Source: Bacilli bacterium (GTDB lineage: Bacteria > Bacillota_I > Bacilli_A > RFN20 > CAG-826). Taken from it: DNA of 55,559 nt. The stretch spans positions 1 through 55,559 of the forward strand of contig JBGUGI010000092.1 of assembly GCA_045111495.1 (NCBI GenBank), given 5' to 3'. The translations under genes were made by a program, and so were the position numbers. Below are positions 8,428-16,192 of this stretch, one piece after another. Under the pieces are notes generated by a model. The model was not told the DNA's origin and made no database searches. It saw only the letters and a list, made by a program, of their open reading frames with translations. Position 1 is the first letter of the stretch. Each line of letters opens with the position of its first letter.

Positions 8428-9408
8428 TTATTCCCATTCGATTGTGGCGCATGGTTTATTACTTAAATCATATAATACACGATTTACGCCTTTGACTTCA
8501 TTTAAAATTCTATCTCTAATTTTGCCTAAAAGGGCATAAGGAATTTCTTCAATGCTCGCTGTAACGGCGTCAACAGAGTTGATTGCACGGATAACAACTG
8601 GCCATTCGAATGTTCTTTGACCGTCTTTAATACCAGTAGATTTTACTGGTGGGACAACGGTGAAATATTGCCAGACTTTTTGATCCAAACCTGCGTTAGC
8701 GAATTCTTCTCTTAAGATAGCATCACTTTCTCTAACAGCTTCTAATCTATCTCTTGTGATGGCGCCCACGCATCTCACACCTAAGCCTGGACCTGGGAAA
8801 GGTTGACGGTAGACCATACCATGTGGTAAGCCTAAGGCTTCACCAACTTGTCTAACTTCGTCTTTATATAATAATTTTACTGGTTCAACGAGTTCAAAAC
8901 CGAGTTCCGCTGGTAAACCACCAACATTGTGGTGAGCTTTTAAACCTTTGGATTCTAAAATGTCAGGATAAATGGTGCCTTGTCCTAAGAAAGAGATACC
9001 ATTGAGTTTTTGTGCTTCTCTTTTGAAGACATCAATGAAGATTTTACCAATGATTTTTCTCTTTTGTTCTGGATCTTCAACACCCGCTAAAGCATCTAAG
9101 AATTCATCAACTGCGTCAACATAGATTAAGTTAGCGCCCATTTGTTCTTTAAATACTTTGATAACTTGTTCTGGTTCACCTTTTCTTAACAAACCATGGT
9201 TAACGTGAACACATGTTAGGTTGTTACCAATTGCTTTGATTAATAAGGCCGCACAGACTGATGAGTCAACACCACCTGAGAGGGCTAATAAAACCTTTTT
9301 GTCGCCCACTTGTGCCTTAATTTCTTTAATTTGTTCCTCAATGAAGGCATTCGCTAATTCCCTATTAGTGATACGTTTCATATTAGGATCTCTGACATTT
9401 CCGTTCAT
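8428..9408 (-). CDS. guaA: GMP synthase, ATP-pyrophosphatase plus dimerisation domains only (no glutamine amidotransferase domain)
   Basis: PP-loop LALSGGVDSSV and the canonical GuaA C-terminus ...KPCATIEWE. It is 326 aa, whereas fused bacterial GuaA is about 510-525 aa. A strong RBS GGAGGGAAAG precedes the ATG. Confidence 0.85.
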   Translation of the reverse strand: MNGNVRDPNMKRITNRELANAFIEEQIKEIKAQVGDKKVLLALSGGVDSSVCAALLIKAIGNNLTCVHVNHGLLRKGEPEQVIKVFKEQMGANLIYVDAVDEFLDALAGVEDPEQKRKIIGKIFIDVFKREAQKLNGISFLGQGTIYPDILESKGLKAHHNVGGLPAELGFELVEPVKLLYKDEVRQVGEALGLPHGMVYRQPFPGPGLGVRCVGAITRDRLEAVRESDAILREEFANAGLDQKVWQYFTVVPPVKSTGIKDGQRTFEWPVVIRAINSVDAVTASIEEIPYALLGKIRDRILNEVKGVNRVLYDLSNKPCATIEWE

Positions 9409-9421
9409 TCAACTTTCCCTC

Positions 9422-9889
9422 CTACCAATGAACTTCTTCTACTCTATTGAATAGCTTTTTGATTTCTTCTGTAGGTTCTTCCCATTTCTTCATCAAAACT
9501 TCGAGTTGTTCATCTGGCACAATTGAAGTTTCTTTTCTTTGTTTGTTATAGAAACGAATTTGTTCAGCTGTGCGTGGGAATAAAACCAAAACATATTCAT
9601 CGAATTCAGGATTTTCTTTAACGTACATTTCTCTCAAACGATTAAGGTCAGTTAAAGCATCTAAAATTACAGTGACGTCATCATACTTTTTCGCGTATTC
9701 ATGAATTCTAAAAGAAAAAAGCTCCCATACTTCTTTTTGCTTAGAAAAATCCTGAGTCGCCCCAGTGAGTTCGAATCTAATTTCGTCACTAGAAACGATT
9801 AAAGTATGTGGATGAGCCTCTTGGTACGCTTTTGCCCAGGTGGATTTACCACTACCAGGCATGGCAGATAACATGATAAGTGTTTTCAT
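9422..9889 (-). CDS. P-loop kinase-like ATP-binding protein (AAA_33/Pnk-kinase-like)
   Basis: Walker A MPGSGKSTWA near the N-terminus; 155 aa; first gene of the purine-salvage operon. Confidence 0.6.
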   Translation of the reverse strand: MKTLIMLSAMPGSGKSTWAKAYQEAHPHTLIVSSDEIRFELTGATQDFSKQKEVWELFSFRIHEYAKKYDDVTVILDALTDLNRLREMYVKENPEFDEYVLVLFPRTAEQIRFYNKQRKETSIVPDEQLEVLMKKWEEPTEEIKKLFNRVEEVHW

Positions 9890-9951
9890 TTCTTCCTCCG
9901 ATTCGGTTGAACGAAATCCTATCTATTACGAACTTATTTATAAATAAAAAA

Positions 9952-9991
9952 GTTCCTACGTGATAATCATAGTTATACGAGGAACGTTTTT
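9952..9991 (-). terminator. Terminator (usable in both directions) after the sugar nucleotidyltransferase gene
   Basis: Hairpin GTTCCT(A)CG ... CGAGGAAC flanked by A- and T-runs. Confidence 0.6.
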
Positions 9992-10020
9992 ACAAGTAAA
10001 AAATAATATTTTTTTAAAGA

Positions 10021-10920
10021 TTAATATAAGCCTTCTTTATATTCACCTTTGTCCACTAAGGCTTTCAAGGCTTTAACAACACCTGGTTTGTCTTCTTTAT
10101 AAGTAACACCGAACCACACAGATGGAGTGGATAATAAACGCACAGTGGCCTTATTTTCGTGAACTAATTCATCAACGACTGTTGGAATTAAGAATTCTGA
10201 TTTAGGAACGTTGATGTTTTCTTTTAACCAAAGTGGGAACTTTTCACCTAAAGCAGGAATAAGATCTTTATTGAAACAGAATAAGTTCATGGACACTAAT
10301 TGGTTTGGTTCTGTTTCAAAAGCTGGTGTGCCATCTAATGGTTCGCAAACAACTTTATTACCTTTAGCGTAAATACTTGATTCAATTAACTTTTCTAAAT
10401 AGCCATTCTTATCTTGGAAAGCGACACCTCTTTTAACTGCGCCATTTTCCGTCATAGTGTTCTTTGCTTCAAAAGCCACGATGGCATATTTACCTTTGCT
10501 ATCTTTTGGCAAAGAGGCTAAATATTTGTATGCCACTTCATATGTTTCTTTGCCATAGAAATCATCACCGTTAATGACGATAAAATCTTCCTTAATTAGA
10601 TCCCGTGCCGCGTAAATTGCGTGAGCGGTACCCCATGGTTTCTCTCTTCCTTCTGGTACTTTGAAGCCTTCTGGAAGGTCATTTAAATCTTGGAAAGCGT
10701 ACTCAACTTTGATAATCTTTTCCGCTCTTTTACCAATTGTATCTCTGAAAGCTTCATAGAAATCTTTTTTAATGATGAAAACGACAGAGCTGAAACCAGC
10801 GCGTTTTGCATCATAAATGGAATAATCCAATAAAAAGTTATTGTAATCATCCATTGGTTCCATTTGTTTGAGGCCACCAAAACGGCTACCCATGCCCGCG
10901 GCCATAATGACTAGTTGCAT
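10021..10920 (-). CDS. Sugar-1-phosphate nucleotidylyltransferase (NTP_transferase family)
   Basis: N-terminal MAAGMGSRFGG signature, GREKPWGTAHA, INGDDFYG. Confidence 0.7.
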   Translation of the reverse strand: MQLVIMAAGMGSRFGGLKQMEPMDDYNNFLLDYSIYDAKRAGFSSVVFIIKKDFYEAFRDTIGKRAEKIIKVEYAFQDLNDLPEGFKVPEGREKPWGTAHAIYAARDLIKEDFIVINGDDFYGKETYEVAYKYLASLPKDSKGKYAIVAFEAKNTMTENGAVKRGVAFQDKNGYLEKLIESSIYAKGNKVVCEPLDGTPAFETEPNQLVSMNLFCFNKDLIPALGEKFPLWLKENINVPKSEFLIPTVVDELVHENKATVRLLSTPSVWFGVTYKEDKPGVVKALKALVDKGEYKEGLY

Positions 10921-10938
10921 AATGTAAAAACTCCCTTT

Positions 10939-11883
10939 TTATTTGAAAAATAATGCTGCCGCACCAATCTTGCCAGAATCATATCCTAATTCAGCAGGAA
11001 CAACTTCCACTGCTGGTGTTCTTTGATATCCATAGAAACGTTCTTCAATATAATTGTTTAATGGATCAAATAATGGCTTACCCGCATTAGCGATGCCACC
11101 AGATAGAACAACAACGTTTGGTCTAAAGATGTTGCAGTAATTTAATATACCTTCACCAAGATACTTGATGTAGTTATCTAATACTTGTTGAGCGCTCTTA
11201 TCGCCTTTAGCAGCGCCTTCGAACACTACTTTACCACCCACTAATTCGATTTCAGGTGATATTTGCCACATTAATGAGCGTTTGTTTGAACGCATAGCCT
11301 TTTTAGTTTCTCTAATTAAAGCGGTCGCAGAGGCATAGGCTTCTAAGCAGCCTTTTCTACCACAAGAACATTGTTCACCATCAACTTGGACGACAATGTG
11401 TCCCAGTTCTCCGCCTTTTCCTTGATTGCCTTCATAGAGTTTGCCGTTGATGATAATTCCACCACCAACGCCTGTGCCTAATGTGAGCATAATGACTGTT
11501 TCATATTGTTTACCCGCACCAAATTTAGCCTCACCTAATGCTGCAGCGTTTGCATCATTAATGAGTCTAATTGGATATGGTAAAACTTCATTCATGATTT
11601 TAGCGACTGGTAAATCGTTCCAACCTAGATTATTGGAGTATTCAACAATACCATCCGCCACATTTAAAGTACCAGGACAACCGATACCTACACCGGCTAT
11701 CTTATCTTCTAAATGTTGGGAAGCGATATATTCTTTGACTAAAGCCGCTAATTTTCTAACGGTTTCTTCTCCAGGTTCGCCTTTAACAAAAGGCATACTG
11801 AATTTTTCATAGACACGACCGTTGCTATCAACTGCCGCGCCTTTAATGGACATACCACCAATATCAATACCAATTGCAATCAT
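10939..11883 (-). CDS. glcK: ROK-family glucokinase
   Basis: IGIDIGGMSIKG, LINDANAAALGE, GTGVGGGII and the ROK zinc motif GHIVV...CSCGRKGCLE. Confidence 0.85.
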   Translation of the reverse strand: MIAIGIDIGGMSIKGAAVDSNGRVYEKFSMPFVKGEPGEETVRKLAALVKEYIASQHLEDKIAGVGIGCPGTLNVADGIVEYSNNLGWNDLPVAKIMNEVLPYPIRLINDANAAALGEAKFGAGKQYETVIMLTLGTGVGGGIIINGKLYEGNQGKGGELGHIVVQVDGEQCSCGRKGCLEAYASATALIRETKKAMRSNKRSLMWQISPEIELVGGKVVFEGAAKGDKSAQQVLDNYIKYLGEGILNYCNIFRPNVVVLSGGIANAGKPLFDPLNNYIEERFYGYQRTPAVEVVPAELGYDSGKIGAAALFFK

Positions 11884-11891
11884 AAATTTAC

Positions 11892-12137
11892 CTAAAACTT
11901 AATATCGTAGAAGACAAAGTTATTATCGTTATCGATATAACCGACTTCTTTATCTTTGATGATGATGTATCCATCTTCATCGACATAGCCGAGCTTTTTA
12001 GTACCAAAAGAGATTTCGCCTTCTGGAGTAATATCCGCGAACTTTTGACGGTTGATAAAAATGCCCTGGCGGTCAATATATCCCACCATCTTTTCACCAA
12101 CGAAAACGTTCTTACCAAAACTCTCGACAATTTGCAT
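11892..12137 (-). CDS. Small hypothetical protein (81 aa) with three (V/L)GY(I/V)D-x-x-G repeats
   Basis: MQIVESFGKN... contains MVGYIDRQGIFI, KLGYVDEDGYIII and EVGYIDNDNNFVF. The ATG lies 1 nt after the glmU-like stop; the longer track ORF would overlap the upstream gene. Confidence 0.5.
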   Translation of the reverse strand: MQIVESFGKNVFVGEKMVGYIDRQGIFINRQKFADITPEGEISFGTKKLGYVDEDGYIIIKDKEVGYIDNDNNFVFYDIKF

Positions 12138-12138
12138 A

Positions 12139-13155
12139 TTATTTACCTTTCTTTTCCACAAAAGGACCGACTTTTGCGGAGTTTTCGACCTTAACACCAT
12201 CTAAATTAGAGGAGATAATTTCTGCTTCATTACCCACTTCAACATTGTTAAGAATGGCGTTTGGACCAATGGAGCAAGCTTCACCAATTTTGGACTTACC
12301 TAAGATCGTTGTATTGCTACGAATAACGGTATCTTGACCAATTTCAACATCTGGTGAAATATAAGCGGAATCAATATCTTCGATAGAGACACCGGAAAGC
12401 ATTAATCTTTGGTTAATTCTTCTACGCATAATCTTAGCAGCGTACGCTAATTGGACGCGGTTATTAATGCTATAGACTTCTTTCATTTCTTCCGCCACAA
12501 ACACACCCACGTGGTAGTTATCTTGGATGAATAATTGCACTAATTCGGATAAGTAGAATAAGTGTCTATTGTTATCAACTGATAGTCTTTCGATGTATTT
12601 GAATAATAATTCGTTATCAATGATACAGATACCAGTGTTAACTTCGTTAATTTCATATTCAGCGAATGTGCAGTCACTTTCTTCTCTAATCGCTAAGATA
12701 CGATTTGATTTATCTTCTCTTAAGATACGACCGTAGCCTTTTGGATTATCTAAAACTGCGGAAACAACAGTCATGTCATATCTATTCTTTTCGTGAATGT
12801 GGAAGATTTGACGTAATGTTTCTGTTTCTACGAGTGGTGTATCACCATAGATAACTAGTGTTTGACCTGGTTTACCTTCAAGGAATGGCTTTGCTTGTAA
12901 AACAGCGTGACCTGTACCTAATAATCTCTTTTGCCAAACAACATCTGATTCTTTTTCGACGAGTGATTTTGTTAATTCACCACCGAAACCCACAACAGTA
13001 ACAATCTCTTGAGGATCAAGTGGTTTAACTGCGTCGATAACATAGTTAATAATTGGTTTGCCTAAAATTGGATAAGAAACCTTTGAGTGCTCTGGATCAC
13101 GGGAATTCATTCCTGTGCCTTTGCCAGCCGCTAATACGACTACATATTTGTTCAT
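12139..13155 (-). CDS. GlmU-like nucleotidyltransferase, C-terminally short (338 aa) with a degenerate active-site loop
   Basis: VVLAAGKGTGMNS (GlmU has LAAG[KQ]GTRM), GDTPL, a GlmU-type linker helix and the first few left-handed beta-helix hexapeptide turns only. Syntenic with B. subtilis gcaD/glmU after ispE. Confidence 0.7.
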   Translation of the reverse strand: MNKYVVVLAAGKGTGMNSRDPEHSKVSYPILGKPIINYVIDAVKPLDPQEIVTVVGFGGELTKSLVEKESDVVWQKRLLGTGHAVLQAKPFLEGKPGQTLVIYGDTPLVETETLRQIFHIHEKNRYDMTVVSAVLDNPKGYGRILREDKSNRILAIREESDCTFAEYEINEVNTGICIIDNELLFKYIERLSVDNNRHLFYLSELVQLFIQDNYHVGVFVAEEMKEVYSINNRVQLAYAAKIMRRRINQRLMLSGVSIEDIDSAYISPDVEIGQDTVIRSNTTILGKSKIGEACSIGPNAILNNVEVGNEAEIISSNLDGVKVENSAKVGPFVEKKGK

Positions 13156-13192
13156 AAAAGAACCTCCATTATATGTATGTAAGATACGTAAT

Positions 13193-14047
13193 TTATTTCA
13201 ATACACGGGCCAATTCGACCTGGTATTTGTTTTCAAATTGTTTTAAAACTTTTTTGAGAAGTTTTTTGTCGGTGCTTAAAGCAAAAACAGCGGAACCTGA
13301 ACCTGTTTGTTGGACAATTTTAAGACCACAATCATGTAATTCATCGATGATGGTTTGGATTTGTGGCACCAAAGTAATAGCAGGAGCTTGTAAAGCGTTA
13401 CCCATACTAGCGGCTAACAAATCATCATCGCCTTCTTGTAATGCTTTAATTACATTATCTACGTTGCAAACTGGTAAATCCATAGAATCTGCGGCTAAAT
13501 ATACTTCCCTAGTAGAACAGCCTGCTTCTGGTTTAACAATAAGCACATAGTAGTTATTTTTTATTTCAATTGGTTCGAGAATTTCCCCTAATCCTTTGCA
13601 TCTTGCAGGTTTGCACTTCACAAAGAATGGGATATCACAACCAAGCGTTTTACCAATTTCCATTAATTCTTCATCAGAGGCCCCTAATTGTAAGAGATCA
13701 TTGACCGCTTTTAAAGAACAAGCAGCGTTAGATGAACCACCACCTAAACCCGCTTGAATTGGAATAACCTTATGAATAAGGATTCTGAATTTTTCATCGA
13801 AATGATATACGCTACGTAATTTATCAATGGAGAATGTTGCTAGGTTGTAGTTGAAAGAACCAATTGAGAAATCATCAACAGTAACAAAGTTATCTGGTGA
13901 TTTTTTGAGTAAATCCACTACCAAAGAATCGTGTAAAGAAATAGGAACCATAACCATATCTAGTTCGTGGTATCCATCTTTACGTTTTCCAGTGATATTT
14001 AAGCAAAGATTGATTTTTGCGTAGCTACGAATGTGTAAACTTTTCAT
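13193..14047 (-). CDS. ispE: 4-diphosphocytidyl-2-C-methyl-D-erythritol kinase (MEP pathway)
   Basis: SYAKINLCLNITGKRKDGYHELDMVM, GHMP motif PIQAGLGGGSSNAA. Confidence 0.9.
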   Translation of the reverse strand: MKSLHIRSYAKINLCLNITGKRKDGYHELDMVMVPISLHDSLVVDLLKKSPDNFVTVDDFSIGSFNYNLATFSIDKLRSVYHFDEKFRILIHKVIPIQAGLGGGSSNAACSLKAVNDLLQLGASDEELMEIGKTLGCDIPFFVKCKPARCKGLGEILEPIEIKNNYYVLIVKPEAGCSTREVYLAADSMDLPVCNVDNVIKALQEGDDDLLAASMGNALQAPAITLVPQIQTIIDELHDCGLKIVQQTGSGSAVFALSTDKKLLKKVLKQFENKYQVELARVLK

Positions 14048-14095
14048 CTTCGATTTAATTGTAACACTTTAAAAATAATTTTTAAGGGGGACTTA

Positions 14096-14905
14096 TTACT
14101 TTTGTAGATACTTATACATAGCGAGGTAAGTATCAGGTGACAAATCTTCCGGACGAGATAAAGGATTAATCTCGAGGTCGAGACATAATTTTGTCACAAG
14201 CTCTTTGTCTTTTAAAGTATTAACTAAGTTATTTTGTATAGTTTTGCGGCGATTAAGGAATAGAGATTTCGCAAGTTTGAAAGTTCCTAGCGCATCTTTT
14301 CTGTTTTTATTTTCGTCAATGTTGATAGCAAACACTACTGAACTACATTTTGGAGCTGGATAGAATGAGCCCGCTTTCACGACGAATAGTTTTTCAATAG
14401 ATCCTAGGAGATGCAATAAGACCGAAACTGGACCATATTCTTTACCTTTAACATCATAAAAACGATTAAGCGCTTCATTTTGAATCATAAACACCATTCT
14501 TTTAGCGGAAGTAGCGTTTGTTAAGAAAAATTGTATTGTTTCAGTTGTAATGTTGTAGGGTAAATTACCAATTATTTTATTATACTTAGAAACATCATGT
14601 TTTCTAATGTCGTTTTCAATGATTTGGATGTTGTTAAAATCTTGATAAACAACACGTAAGAAATTAACCATTCTAGGATCAATATCAACAGCGTCATATT
14701 TCGCATTTGTTAAACTGATAAAATGCGTTAAAGATCCGAGCCCTGGACCGACTTCTAAAACGTGGTCATTTTCTTCAATATTTAAAGCACTAACAATCTT
14801 CTCGCAGATGCTTGGTTCCACGAGAAAGTTTTGTCCATAATCCTTATCAGGTCTTAAAGACGCTTTAGTTACTATTTCATTGATGTTAGAGCGATTAATT
14901 TCCAT
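14096..14905 (-). CDS. rsmA: 16S rRNA (adenine1518/1519-N6)-dimethyltransferase
   Basis: YGQNFLVEP, LEVGPGLGSLT, GNLPYNITT. Confidence 0.9.
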   Translation of the reverse strand: MEINRSNINEIVTKASLRPDKDYGQNFLVEPSICEKIVSALNIEENDHVLEVGPGLGSLTHFISLTNAKYDAVDIDPRMVNFLRVVYQDFNNIQIIENDIRKHDVSKYNKIIGNLPYNITTETIQFFLTNATSAKRMVFMIQNEALNRFYDVKGKEYGPVSVLLHLLGSIEKLFVVKAGSFYPAPKCSSVVFAINIDENKNRKDALGTFKLAKSLFLNRRKTIQNNLVNTLKDKELVTKLCLDLEINPLSRPEDLSPDTYLAMYKYLQK

Positions 14906-15425
14906 GATTGTATTGATTAACTATATCCTTTAACACTTCTAATTTTACATGAGTGTTATTCATTCTTTTAAGTAGTTGTTTATTATTACATGTTCCTAAG
15001 TTGAGTTTTTCACTCACGTATGCCCTCAATTGGCTATTTTCACTTATTTTTAGCTCATATAGGTCAAAAGATGTGATTTCTGCGTGATTTTCAGGGTTAT
15101 TTTCGAAAAATAGTGCCAATTTGCAGAGTATTTCGTCAATTTGACACTCCGCAATACCGTTCTTTTTACCCCTAATACATTTAGAAATATCCACTTCAAC
15201 GTTATGCACTTTATTTAGCATCCCGTTAAGCCTATTTCTTATTTGCTTACCTGCTTCATCAGGATCAGTCATAACTATTACTTCCTTATCTTTTAAATAA
15301 GAAATAAGAGAAGAATCTAATTCATATCCATTAGTGACAATAATTTCAGAAGCAATGTAATTTGAAAGATAAGAAGCGTCTTCTTTTCCTTCCACAACAA
15401 GGGGATATTTTAAATACTTTTTCAT
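14895..15425 (-). CDS. rnmV: Ribonuclease M5 (TOPRIM)
   Basis: VVEGKEDASYL ... VMTDPDEAGKQIR; position between tatD and rsmA as in B. subtilis. Confidence 0.85.
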   Translation of the reverse strand: MKKYLKYPLVVEGKEDASYLSNYIASEIIVTNGYELDSSLISYLKDKEVIVMTDPDEAGKQIRNRLNGMLNKVHNVEVDISKCIRGKKNGIAECQIDEILCKLALFFENNPENHAEITSFDLYELKISENSQLRAYVSEKLNLGTCNNKQLLKRMNNTHVKLEVLKDIVNQYNHGN

Positions 15426-16192
15426 AAGTTAAATAGCTTACAAGAATTATCGTAAACAACCTCTAATAAATGCTTTTTAGACATATCTCTTAAAGCGGCA
15501 ATTTCATCCGCGATTAAGATGAGATTTGCAGGTTCGTTTACAGTGCCTCTAAGTGGGTGTGGAGAAAGGTATGGAGAGTCAGTTTCTAACACTAACTTTT
15601 CGAGTGGTACTTCGATAGCCACTTCTTTCGGTGTTTTAGCGTTTCTAAAGGTTACTGGACCATCTAATCCAATATATAAACCGAGGTTAATTATGTCATT
15701 GATATTTTCCACGCTTCCAGAGTAGCAATGCATTACTCCACCGTGTAATGGTTTGTGGTTTTTTAAGATTACTAAGGTATCTTGGAAAGCTTCACGGCTA
15801 TGAATAGAAATCGGAAGACCAACCTTATTAGCGAATTCGATTTGTTTAATGAAGAATTCTTTTTGAATTTCACGTTTTTGAGGGTCTTTTTCCCAGTGAT
15901 AATCGAGTCCAATTTCCCCAATTCCTACGACTTTTGGATGAGAATAGAGATTTAAGACTTCGTTTAACTGTGTTTCATCAACACCTTCTACGTTTTCTGG
16001 ATGGAAACCCACACAGGCGTGTATAAAAGGATATTGTTCAGCAATTTTAATAGCCTTTAATGAGCTTTCTTTATCCCAACCAATAACCACCATTTTCTCA
16101 ATACCAGTTTGTAAGGCACGAGAAATGACATTATCCAAATCTTGATAGAGTTGTTCGTCATTTAAGTGGCAATGGGTATCAATTAACTTCAT
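15422..16192 (-). CDS. tatD: TatD-family metal-dependent hydrolase/DNase
   Basis: LIDTHCHL, GEIGLDYHW, IHSREA, ETDSPYL. Confidence 0.9.
   Translation of the reverse strand: MKLIDTHCHLNDEQLYQDLDNVISRALQTGIEKMVVIGWDKESSLKAIKIAEQYPFIHACVGFHPENVEGVDETQLNEVLNLYSHPKVVGIGEIGLDYHWEKDPQKREIQKEFFIKQIEFANKVGLPISIHSREAFQDTLVILKNHKPLHGGVMHCYSGSVENINDIINLGLYIGLDGPVTFRNAKTPKEVAIEVPLEKLVLETDSPYLSPHPLRGTVNEPANLILIADEIAALRDMSKKHLLEVVYDNSCKLFNL

Noticed and set aside
9890-10020. Possible purine riboswitch upstream of the purine-salvage operon
   Set aside because: After the terminator, the leader is only about 60 nt. It lacks the conserved purine-riboswitch three-way junction sequences (no UAUAAU...GGAUAUGG...CUACC-like core).
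11888-12130. Alternative-frame 80-aa ORF overlapping the small GYID-repeat gene
   Set aside because: It is on the same strand but in a different frame, and its translation is Ser/Lys/Ile-rich low complexity. The GYID frame has internal repeat structure and a start coupled to the upstream stop.
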